Positions 8,743 to 15,959 of a DNA stretch of 25,513 nucleotides are shown piece after piece (within the stretch, counting starts at the first letter, position 1; every line of letters begins with the position of its first letter). Both the position numbers and the translations under genes were made by a program. Below the pieces are notes generated by a model that was given only the letters and a program-made list of their open reading frames with translations, was not told where the DNA came from and did no database searches. The stretch comes from a virus (lineage: Duplodnaviria; Caudoviricetes), in the IMG/VR virus record IMGVR_UViG_3300005805_000438, positions 1-25,513 of that record. One strand, written 5' to 3'.

Positions 8743-9195
8743 ATGACCCGATCTGAGCTTGAAATCATCATCAAGAAACGTGCGGCAATCACGGTAACGA
8801 TTTTTGCTGCTCTATTGGCTATCAACACGATGGTCGGAAACAGCAATTCCAGCAAGATCCTGACAAACACGATAGCCGTTAACAATATGTGGGCGTGGTA
8901 TCAAGCCAAGAACGTTAGATCTATCATCTATGAGGTAGCCAAAATAGACGCCGCTGTTGCTCGGATGAAGTCTGACATGGAAGAAATAATGGTCAAGGCT
9001 CAAGCTATGGAGAAGGAGCGTGATCAAGCCAAAAATCGGAGTCCGTTCTACACCTATGCTGGTGCAGCACTCCAAATCGGGATTGTTTTGTCTACAGCGG
9101 CCATTCTTGCGGTCACGATGCCCTTGTTCTGGGGCAGTGTGGCTGTAGGGTGGATTGGAGCCGTGCTAATGGCCTGGGGATACTATGTCGCCTGA
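8743..9195 (+). CDS. Multi-pass membrane protein, DUF4337-like
   Basis: TM AAITVTIFAALLAI, motif NNMWAWYQAKNVR resembling the DUF4337 WxxYQAK motif, coiled coil, two C-terminal TMs (LQIGIVLSTAAIL...). ATG 8743 follows the upstream stop. Confidence 0.68.
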   Translation: MTRSELEIIIKKRAAITVTIFAALLAINTMVGNSNSSKILTNTIAVNNMWAWYQAKNVRSIIYEVAKIDAAVARMKSDMEEIMVKAQAMEKERDQAKNRSPFYTYAGAALQIGIVLSTAAILAVTMPLFWGSVAVGWIGAVLMAWGYYVA

Positions 9196-9424
9196 ACTGC
9201 AACGGTACTATGAAGACCGTTTCGACCTTTTCGTTCACCCTGGGTGGATTGATTTGATGGAAGATATTGACAATATGCTTAGCGCTATGAACAATATCTC
9301 TACTATCAATGATGAGAAAAGTTTACAATTCCGCAAAGGTGAAGTCTCTATCCTGACTTGGCTGAAAACCTTGAAAAAGGTCAGCGAGGACGCATACGAG
9401 GATTTGAATGAAAAGAATGTATGA
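9185..9424 (+). CDS. Conserved hypothetical head-module protein
   Basis: 79-aa helical protein (GWIDLMED...LQFRKGEVSIL) of the kind commonly found between portal and scaffold in podoviruses; overlaps both neighbours. Confidence 0.72.
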   Translation: MSPELQRYYEDRFDLFVHPGWIDLMEDIDNMLSAMNNISTINDEKSLQFRKGEVSILTWLKTLKKVSEDAYEDLNEKNV

Positions 9425-9635
9425 ATTTGTCTGCAATTGTGGACAACGCATTGAGGCGCTGGTTGGTTATGAGACAACCACGGCTCGATGTGGATGTGGT
9501 GGGCAAGCTCACCGTGTCATAAGCGCTCCATCTTTCAAGCTCGAAGGGTGGTCTGGTCATTTCCCGTCCGAACATGGGCGGTTTGAACGGAAACACATCG
9601 AGAAACTGAAAGCAGAGCGTAAAGCCAACTCATAA
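9408..9635 (+). CDS. FmdB-like zinc-ribbon protein
   Basis: MYEFVCNCG...RCGCGG..AHRVISAP..KLEGW; GAGG RBS. Confidence 0.75.
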   Translation: MKRMYEFVCNCGQRIEALVGYETTTARCGCGGQAHRVISAPSFKLEGWSGHFPSEHGRFERKHIEKLKAERKANS

Positions 9636-9685
9636 GTCGCATGACCGAGTTGAATCTCCTACAACCATTTTGGCAGGAACCTAAT

Positions 9686-10417
9686 ATGTTGGTTGATCAA
9701 GATCCCGAGCCGCTAGGCGAAATCGAAGCTGAGGAACAAAAGCCTGGACTCCCTGACAAATACAGGGATAAAAGTCTAGAAGATGTTATACGGATGCACC
9801 AAGAGGCTGAGAAGCTGATTGGCAAGCAAGCCCAAGAAGTGGGTGAAGTCCGTAAATTGGCTGATGAGCTTATCAAGCAAAACCTCGGGGCGAAGCAACC
9901 GATTGAAAAGCAAGATGAGCCTGAAATAGATTTCTTTGAAAATCCACAGAAGGCAGTTCAAGCAACCATAGAAAAGCATCCAGACGTTCTTGCTGCGCGT
10001 CAAGCCAGCATGGATTTCAAACGGATGCAGATTCAGCAAAAGCTGGCGCAAGAGCATCCTGACTACACACAAGTGGTTGGGGACGCAGACTTCCAGAACT
10101 GGGTGAAAGGATCATCCGTCCGTCTAGCGCTCTATGCAAAGGCAGATGCTGAGTTTGACTATGACTCTGCCAATGAACTGCTATCTACCTTCAAGCAATT
10201 GCGTGGCACTAAGGCTAAACAGAACGAGCAAGCAAGTGATGCTGCTCGGACCAAGAGCATGAAGGCCGCACAAGTTGATGTGGGTGGATCTGGTGAGAGT
10301 TCAAAGAGGGTCTATCGTAGGGCTGATCTTATTCGGCTGAAAATGACAGATCCAGCAAGGTACGAGAGCCTCAGTGATGAGATCATGCAAGCGTACTCTG
10401 AAGGACGAGTCCGGTAA
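9686..10417 (+). CDS. Capsid scaffolding protein
   Basis: Acidic helical protein directly upstream of the capsid gene; PDKY..KS.EDV..MHQEAEKLIG motif and C-terminal AYSEGRVR. Start set at ATG 9686 after AGGA. Confidence 0.85.
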   Translation: MLVDQDPEPLGEIEAEEQKPGLPDKYRDKSLEDVIRMHQEAEKLIGKQAQEVGEVRKLADELIKQNLGAKQPIEKQDEPEIDFFENPQKAVQATIEKHPDVLAARQASMDFKRMQIQQKLAQEHPDYTQVVGDADFQNWVKGSSVRLALYAKADAEFDYDSANELLSTFKQLRGTKAKQNEQASDAARTKSMKAAQVDVGGSGESSKRVYRRADLIRLKMTDPARYESLSDEIMQAYSEGRVR

Positions 10418-10440
10418 AAACTTTCTTTTGGAGATTTAAC

Positions 10441-11415
10441 ATGGCAAACACCGCCTTTTCCCCTACCAATTCGGTAACCACCACCTCCGCTGCTAATTTC
10501 ATCCCCGAAATTTGGAGTGATGAGATTGTTGCTGCCTATAAGAAGAACCTCGTCCTGGCCAATGTGGTCAAGAAGATGTCCTTCCGTGGCAAGAAGGGTG
10601 ATACCATCAATATCCCCTCGCCTGCCCGTGGCAATGCTTCGGCCAAAGCTGCTACTGATGCCGTTACTCTGATTGCAGAGAGCGACACCAATATCCAGGT
10701 GCTGATCAACAAGCACTATGAGTACAGCCGCTTGATCGAGGACATCGTTGAGGTGCAAGCCTTGACCTCGCTGCGTTCTTTCTACACGGAAGATGCTGGT
10801 TATGCTCTGGCTAAGCGCATTGATACCGACCTGGTTCAACTGGGCCGTGCTTTCAACGGCGCTACCATCGGCACCAACGACTATGCCACCAGTGCTGCAA
10901 GCACCAAGGCATATGTTGGCTCTGATGGCACCACTGCCTATAACAGCAGCACCTCGAACGCTGCGGCACTGACTGATGCGGCTATCCGTCGCACCATCCA
11001 GCGTCTGGACGACAACGATGTTCCTATGGATGGTCGTTTCTTCCTGATCCCTCCGTCGAGCCGCAACACCCTGATGGGTCTGGCCCGTTACACCGAGCAA
11101 GCATTCATCGGCAACGGTGATGCTATCCGCAACGGTGAAATCGGTCAGTTGTACGGTATCGCTGTGTTCGCTTCGTCCAACGCCGACACCGGCGCTGGTA
11201 ACAGTGGCGCAGACCGTATCTGCCTGATGGGTCATCGTGACGCGATGGTTCTGGTTGAGCAGCTTGGCATTCGCTCGCAGACTCAGTACAAGCAAGAGTA
11301 CCTGGGCACCTTGTTCACCGCAGACACGATCTACGGTGTGAAGGCCCTGCGTACCAATGCTACTGGTACTGCTGCTGACGCCTCCGCTGCTTTTGCCCTG
11401 GCTGTCCCGGCCTAA
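10441..11415 (+). CDS. Major capsid protein (HK97 fold)
   Basis: GGAGA RBS; FIPEIWS, GDTINIP, AGYALAKRID, VPMDGRFFLIPP, GEIGQLYGI, ADTIYGVK motifs; strongly biased codon usage; followed by a terminator. Confidence 0.93.
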   Translation: MANTAFSPTNSVTTTSAANFIPEIWSDEIVAAYKKNLVLANVVKKMSFRGKKGDTINIPSPARGNASAKAATDAVTLIAESDTNIQVLINKHYEYSRLIEDIVEVQALTSLRSFYTEDAGYALAKRIDTDLVQLGRAFNGATIGTNDYATSAASTKAYVGSDGTTAYNSSTSNAAALTDAAIRRTIQRLDDNDVPMDGRFFLIPPSSRNTLMGLARYTEQAFIGNGDAIRNGEIGQLYGIAVFASSNADTGAGNSGADRICLMGHRDAMVLVEQLGIRSQTQYKQEYLGTLFTADTIYGVKALRTNATGTAADASAAFALAVPA

Positions 11416-11425
11416 TTGCAGTTGC

Positions 11426-11457
11426 CCCTTCCCCTTCGGGGGGAGGGATCTTTTTCT
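11426..11457 (+). terminator. Rho-independent terminator after capsid gene
   Basis: CCCTTCCCC-TTCG-GGGGGAGGG stem with a cUUCGg tetraloop, followed by ATCTTTTTCT. Confidence 0.85.
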
Positions 11458-11470
11458 ATAGGAGATTGAA

Positions 11471-11794
11471 ATGACTGCTGCTACCGCTGTAACTTCCCGC
11501 CGGGGAAATGACCAATTCCGAGGCTTGTTCTCGGATACCTGGGAAGTCCAATGTACTTTGGATGCTGGCTCGGTTAGCGCTGGTGCAACTGACACCGATA
11601 CGGTGACTGTTCCTGGTGTTGCGTTGGGTGATATGGTTATCGGTTTTTCTCATGCTGTAAGCGAGGCTGGCTTGGTCAAACGGGCATATGTCTCTGCTGC
11701 CAACACGGTGACTATCGTTACCTACAACCCAACCGCTGGATCTGTGAATCTGGCATCAACCACTGTTACGCTCGTTATCGGGCGCACTGTGTAA
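11471..11794 (+). CDS. Putative capsid decoration/minor head protein
   Basis: AGGAGA RBS; beta-rich TVTVPGVALGD.V...VSAANTVT; directly after the capsid gene and flanked by terminators. Confidence 0.7.
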   Translation: MTAATAVTSRRGNDQFRGLFSDTWEVQCTLDAGSVSAGATDTDTVTVPGVALGDMVIGFSHAVSEAGLVKRAYVSAANTVTIVTYNPTAGSVNLASTTVTLVIGRTV

Positions 11795-11797
11795 AAG

Positions 11798-11824
11798 ACG
11801 GGGGGCCACAAGCCCCCTGTTTTT
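11798..11824 (+). terminator. Rho-independent terminator
   Basis: ACGGGGGGC-CACAA-GCCCCCTGT followed by TTTT, with an A-tract upstream (possibly bidirectional). Confidence 0.82.
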
Positions 11825-11838
11825 CATGGAGATCTTAA

Positions 11839-12039
11839 ATGGCAACCTTCCGTTGTTTGGCAAGCGGCAACACGGTAACGTTTACCTACACCCACGACAT
11901 TGAGTCCATGAAGGGCCATTCTGGTTATGTTCGTATTGATGAGCCAGAGCAAAAACAGGAAGATGATCGCCCACTTCCTATGACCGCCCCAGTCAAAAGA
12001 CTTGGACGCCCACCAAAGCTGAAGACTAAAGGAAATTGA
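11839..12039 (+). CDS. Hypothetical protein with C-terminal AT-hook-like KRLGRPPK
   Basis: GGAGA RBS; basic C-terminal GRP motif. Confidence 0.78.
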   Translation: MATFRCLASGNTVTFTYTHDIESMKGHSGYVRIDEPEQKQEDDRPLPMTAPVKRLGRPPKLKTKGN

Positions 12040-12041
12040 TC

Positions 12042-12197
12042 ATGTACGGAAAAGCACCAAAGATGTCAAGCCCTAAAAAGTCATCCAAGAAGATGGCTAT
12101 GCCTGTTGCAATCATGGTTGCTGTTGGCAAACCAAAACCGCTGCCTCAGCGTGGTCAACGTGCAATGACAAACAAGATGACTAGGGGCAAGAAATGA
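12042..12197 (+). CDS. Small K/M-rich basic protein (51 aa; not in ORF track)
   Basis: AAGGA RBS; MYGKAPKMSSPKKSSKKMAMPVAIMVAVGKPKPLPQRGQRAMTNKMTRGKK; ATGA overlap with the next gene. Confidence 0.75.
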   Translation: MYGKAPKMSSPKKSSKKMAMPVAIMVAVGKPKPLPQRGQRAMTNKMTRGKK

Positions 12198-12352
12198 AAA
12201 AGACCAAGGCTGAGAAAAAAATCAGCAAGGTCATGCGGGAGTACAAAGCTGGTACTCTGCACTCCGGTAAAGGTGGCCCTGTTGTTAAGAGTCCTCGACA
12301 GGCAGTTGCGATTGCACTATCTGAGGCCGGGAAAGCCCGGAAGAAGAAATGA
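12194..12352 (+). CDS. Small basic protein, DUF6496-like (52 aa; not in ORF track)
   Basis: MKKTKAEKKISKVMREYKAGTLHSGKGGPVVKSPRQAVAIALSEAGKARKKK; ATGA overlaps at both ends. Confidence 0.82.
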   Translation: MKKTKAEKKISKVMREYKAGTLHSGKGGPVVKSPRQAVAIALSEAGKARKKK

Positions 12353-12498
12353 GACCCGGTCTGTACGCCAACATCAACGCCAAACGCGCCCGTATCAAGG
12401 CTGGGTCTGGTGAAAAGATGCGAAAGCCCGGCACCAAAGGCGCTCCGACGCCAGCGGCGTTCAAGCAATCAGCAAAAACGGCGAAAAAGGCAAAGTGA
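12349..12498 (+). CDS. Small basic protein (49 aa; not in ORF track)
   Basis: MRPGLYANINAKRARIKAGSGEKMRKPGTKGAPTPAAFKQSAKTAKKAK; ATGA and TGATG coupling. Confidence 0.82.
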   Translation: MRPGLYANINAKRARIKAGSGEKMRKPGTKGAPTPAAFKQSAKTAKKAK

Positions 12499-12647
12499 TG
12501 AGCAAGACAGCCACGCACTACCTACCTAACGGCAAAGTCTACAAAGGACCGGTCCATAAGGAGGGCGGCGTCTTGATGACGGGCGCAAAGCACACGGCCC
12601 AGAGCCGCACCCTTACGCATAAGCCGCCCAAGAGAGTCAAAAAATGA
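12498..12647 (+). CDS. Small basic His-containing protein (49 aa; not in ORF track)
   Basis: MSKTATHYLPNGKVYKGPVHKEGGVLMTGAKHTAQSRTLTHKPPKRVKK; TGATG and ATGA coupling. Confidence 0.78.
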   Translation: MSKTATHYLPNGKVYKGPVHKEGGVLMTGAKHTAQSRTLTHKPPKRVKK

Positions 12648-12937
12648 AAACACCCGCCTGGACACGCAAAGAAGGCAAAAATCCCGCTGGCGGCCTTAAC
12701 GCCAAGGGGCGAAAGTCCTATAATGCGGCTACTGGAGGCAATCTAAAAGCTCCAGTGAAGTCAGGCGACAACCCTCGACGGGCCTCCTTCTTAGCGCGAA
12801 TGGGCAATATGCCTGGGCCTGAGTACAAGGATGGCGAACCGACTCGCCTTCTACTGTCCCTCCGAGCCTGGGGCGCATCGTCCAAAGAAGATGCCCGATC
12901 TAAAGCCAAGGCAATATCAGCGAGGAACAAGAAGTGA
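12644..12937 (+). CDS. Basic protein, DUF6321-like
   Basis: AWTRKEGKNPAGGLNAKGR...LKAPV...RRASFLARM...SLRAW; GTGA overlap with the next gene. Confidence 0.8.
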   Translation: MKTPAWTRKEGKNPAGGLNAKGRKSYNAATGGNLKAPVKSGDNPRRASFLARMGNMPGPEYKDGEPTRLLLSLRAWGASSKEDARSKAKAISARNKK

Positions 12938-13269
12938 GGCCAGTCTCAGTTGGCTTTGAACCCACAGCAGCGGTACTGACAACAGTCTATACCGTACCAA
13001 CGGGGTACTATGCCAAAATGAATCTGATGTACATCCACAACGCTGGTAGTGGATCAAAGTACATCACGGTTCAATGGATTGATAGCAGCGCCTCTGCTAC
13101 TCATGAGATCCTAAATCAATACACCATGAACGCCAAAGAGTACCTTCAATTCAACGGAGGTGCTTACATTGCTCTTGAAGAAGGCGATCAGATCAAAATA
13201 GAGACTGAATCAGGGAGCGTATTTACGTTCATTGCAACCTTTGAAGAAACAGGATTGACACGGCAATGA
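12934..13269 (+). CDS. Small beta-sandwich virion-associated protein
   Basis: GTG start with GAGG RBS; TTVYTVP...LEEGDQI pattern; ATGA overlap with the adaptor gene. Confidence 0.75.
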   Translation: MRPVSVGFEPTAAVLTTVYTVPTGYYAKMNLMYIHNAGSGSKYITVQWIDSSASATHEILNQYTMNAKEYLQFNGGAYIALEEGDQIKIETESGSVFTFIATFEETGLTRQ

Positions 13270-13913
13270 CCTACTTAGAACTCATCAATGACGTGTTGAT
13301 CCGGTTGCGCGAGTCTACCGTTTCAACCAACAATGAAACCTCGTACTCCAGTCTGATCGGCAAGTTTGTTAACGATGCCAAGCGACAGATTGAAGATGCG
13401 TATGCTTGGAACGTACTAGGCCAAACGCTGACCATTACCACTGTTGCTGCCACATACATTTACTCCATGACTGGTGCTGGACAAAAGTTCCAGGTCATGG
13501 ATGCTATCAATGTGACCTCCAACGTTGGTCTACGCAACATCAGTTTTGTAGAGATGAATCGTCTACAGAACTTTACAACTCCTATCTCTGGCATCCCAGA
13601 GGCTTACGCATTTGATGGCGTTGATGGCAACGGAGACACTAAAGTTGTGCTGTATGCGCGTCCTGACAATGTGTATTCGATCCAATTTTCACTGACTGTA
13701 CCGCAAGCCACACTCGCGGCTGACAGCACCTCAGTTTTGGTTCCTGATGTGCTGGTTGTTCAAAATGCCTATGCCCGTGCGTTGGTTGAGCGCGGGGAAG
13801 ATGGTGGTCTTGCGTCTTCAGAGGCTTACGCTTTGTATCGGACGATGTTGGCAGACTACATCGCTCTTGAGAGCACTCGTTATCCAGAAAACCAAGAGTT
13901 CGTTGCTATATGA
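13266..13913 (+). CDS. Tail adaptor / tail tubular protein A-like
   Basis: MTYLELINDVLIRLRE...FVNDAKRQIE.AY.W N-terminus; size and position before the nozzle gene. Confidence 0.8.
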   Translation: MTYLELINDVLIRLRESTVSTNNETSYSSLIGKFVNDAKRQIEDAYAWNVLGQTLTITTVAATYIYSMTGAGQKFQVMDAINVTSNVGLRNISFVEMNRLQNFTTPISGIPEAYAFDGVDGNGDTKVVLYARPDNVYSIQFSLTVPQATLAADSTSVLVPDVLVVQNAYARALVERGEDGGLASSEAYALYRTMLADYIALESTRYPENQEFVAI

Positions 13914-14407
13914 GCGAAGTACTCCAGATCGCCAGTATTTCAGCGCCAGGATTTTTTGGCCTGCAAAGTGTTGGCTCGTCTGTACTTCAATGCTCTCATT
14001 GCAAACAAAGTAAACCAGCAAATCAGTTCCCTAAAGCCAACAATCGTGTTCGTGGCTTCGCCTGGATATGTAAGCAATGTAAAAAAGAAAAGTTGCAAAA
14101 GAAAAAAGCATCTATGTCAAAAGATGACTGGATGCTCTTGAATAGGAAGTACTGGCTTAAATCGCAGTACAACTTGTCAATTGAAGATTACAACAAAAAA
14201 CTTGTAGAACAAAGTCATAGGTGTGCGATCTGTGGATGTGATGAAACAGAGGCTTTTAAGTCATTGCTGTTCGTAGATCATTGCCATAAAACTCAAAAAG
14301 TTAGAGGCCTTTTGTGTCATCATTGCAACACGGCACTTGGCAAATTTAGAGATTCCAAAGAAATCCTAAATCAAGCCATTACTTATTTGGATCAGCACAA
14401 TGGCTGA
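13910..14407 (+). CDS. Endonuclease VII-family (His-Me finger) homing endonuclease fused to the first 18 aa of the nozzle gene
   Basis: N-terminal CSHC...CKQC zinc site, YNLSIEDY, CAICG...VDHCHKTQKVRGLLCHHCNTALG endo VII signature; N-terminus MSEVLQIASISAPGFFGL duplicates the nozzle N-terminus. Confidence 0.9.
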   Translation: MSEVLQIASISAPGFFGLQSVGSSVLQCSHCKQSKPANQFPKANNRVRGFAWICKQCKKEKLQKKKASMSKDDWMLLNRKYWLKSQYNLSIEDYNKKLVEQSHRCAICGCDETEAFKSLLFVDHCHKTQKVRGLLCHHCNTALGKFRDSKEILNQAITYLDQHNG

Positions 14408-14453
14408 AGTTCTTCAAATTACCAGCATTTCCGCTCCAGGATTTACTGGATTG
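13964..14453 (+). mobile_element. 490-nt free-standing homing endonuclease insertion carrying a recoded replacement 5' end of the host gene
   Basis: Bounded by imperfect direct repeats 13910-13963 and 14400-14453 (15/18 aa, 39/54 nt identical); AT-rich (sampled 60-nt lines 32-38% GC versus 50% in the upstream gene). Confidence 0.8.
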
Positions 14454-15959
14454 AATACGCAAGACTCGCCTCTTGATTTGGCGTCTGGCTTTGCTCTTGT
14501 TGCAACCAATTGCGTGATTGACCAGTATGGAAGAATTGGCTCGCGTAAGGGCTGGTCCAAGGTCAATTCGTCTTCTGGGAACTTGGGAGCCAATACTGTT
14601 GGTGTGATTCATGAGCTTGTCCAAGCTGATGGCACTCTTACAGTCCTGTTCGCTGGCAACAACAAGCTGTTTTTTCTCAATGGCTCTAATGCGGTTGTGG
14701 AGTTGACCTACGGGGGGGGTGGATCTGCTCCTACGATTACTGCCAACAACTGGTCTTGTGCCTCTCTAAACGGGATCACCTATTTCTTCCAGACTGGTCA
14801 TGATCCACTGATTTTTGACCCAGCCGTTAGTACGACTACTTACAGGCGCGTCAGTGAGAAGACGGGCTATGTGGCGACTGTTCCAAGCGCGAACATAGCG
14901 CTGTCTGCATTTGGTCGGCTATGGGTTGCCAACACATCGACCATCAAGAACACGGTCTACTTCTCTGACCTGTTGTCCGGTCATGTCTGGTCTACTGGCA
15001 CTGCTGGATCGCTTAATGTTGATCGAGTGTGGCCTAACGGACCTGATGAGATCCAAGGTCTTGCTGCTCACAATGGCTTCCTGATCATCTTTGGCAAGAG
15101 GCAAATTCTTGTTTACCAAGACGCCACCACGCCATCTACGATGTCTCTAAGTGACACTGTGGGTGGCATTGGGTGCATTGCTCGGGACTCAATTCAGACC
15201 ACTGGTAAAGATGTTCTGTTCTTATCCAACTCTGGTGTGCGCTCGTTTGCCAGAACAATCATTGAAAAGTCTGCGCCTCTTGGAGATCTGTCCAAAAACG
15301 TTCGCAATGACTTGATGGACATTGTGGCAGGAGAAACACTAGCCAACATCAAGTCTGTCTACTCTGAGAAAGAGGCGTTCTATCTGCTGACTCTTCCTTC
15401 TGTGGATGAGGTTTATTGCTTTGACACTCGCGGGCAGTTGCAAGATGGCTCGTTCAGAGTCACCGTGTGGGATTCTATTGAGCCAACAGCACTTCTATCT
15501 CGCAGGAATGGCGATGTTCTGATTGGCAAAATTGGTTACATCGGAAAGTACGGCACCTATCAGGACGATACTTCATCCTATCGGATGCTGTACTACACCA
15601 ACCATGCTGACCTTGGCAATGCAAACGTCACCTCGATCCTCAAGAGGCTCAAGACTACGGTAATTGGCGGCACGAATCAGGTTCTCACGATGAAGTGGGC
15701 CTTTGACCTGATCACTAACTATCAATCTGCCAACTCTGTGATCCCAACTCAAGGGATTTCTGAGTACGGTATCGCTGAGTATGGAGCCAATGGCTCTCCG
15801 GTGGCTTACTACTCAGAAGGCATCTTGATCCAAGTGCTATCAGTTCCCGCCTCTGGTAGCGGCAAGATTGTTCAGACTGGCTATGAGTCAGACATCAATG
15901 GATCTGCGCTGTCAATCCAAAGAATTGAGATTCAGTATAAAGATGGGAAACTATCATGA
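14400..15959 (+). CDS. Tail nozzle / tail tubular protein B-like (beta-propeller)
   Basis: 519 aa, beta-rich, after the adaptor; GRLWVA, VYFSD, GIGCIARDSI, VLFLSNSGVRS motifs; start overlaps the endonuclease stop by 8 nt. Confidence 0.8.
   Translation: MAEVLQITSISAPGFTGLNTQDSPLDLASGFALVATNCVIDQYGRIGSRKGWSKVNSSSGNLGANTVGVIHELVQADGTLTVLFAGNNKLFFLNGSNAVVELTYGGGGSAPTITANNWSCASLNGITYFFQTGHDPLIFDPAVSTTTYRRVSEKTGYVATVPSANIALSAFGRLWVANTSTIKNTVYFSDLLSGHVWSTGTAGSLNVDRVWPNGPDEIQGLAAHNGFLIIFGKRQILVYQDATTPSTMSLSDTVGGIGCIARDSIQTTGKDVLFLSNSGVRSFARTIIEKSAPLGDLSKNVRNDLMDIVAGETLANIKSVYSEKEAFYLLTLPSVDEVYCFDTRGQLQDGSFRVTVWDSIEPTALLSRRNGDVLIGKIGYIGKYGTYQDDTSSYRMLYYTNHADLGNANVTSILKRLKTTVIGGTNQVLTMKWAFDLITNYQSANSVIPTQGISEYGIAEYGANGSPVAYYSEGILIQVLSVPASGSGKIVQTGYESDINGSALSIQRIEIQYKDGKLS

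Noticed and set aside
11400-11471. Capsid read-through or frameshift fusion to the downstream gene (T7 10A/10B style)
   Set aside because: No slippery sequence near the TAA; a terminator and an independent RBS separate the genes.
10312-11595. 427-aa antisense ORF over the capsid gene
   Set aside because: Shadow ORF expected from strong codon bias in a highly expressed gene; it also runs through the terminator.
12181-12518. Minus-strand ORFs in the track across the basic-protein cluster
   Set aside because: Plus-strand micro-ORFs with perfect overlap coupling explain the region better.
13964-14453. Group I intron or intein explanation of the endonuclease insert
   Set aside because: The insert is entirely coding, has its own stop, is not a multiple of 3 and lacks intein splice motifs; the duplicated start removes any need for splicing.
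13910-14453. Assembly artefact producing the duplicated gene start
   Set aside because: The copies differ mainly at synonymous positions and both junctions show sensible start/stop coupling, which is unlike a mis-assembly; read-level confirmation is still advisable.
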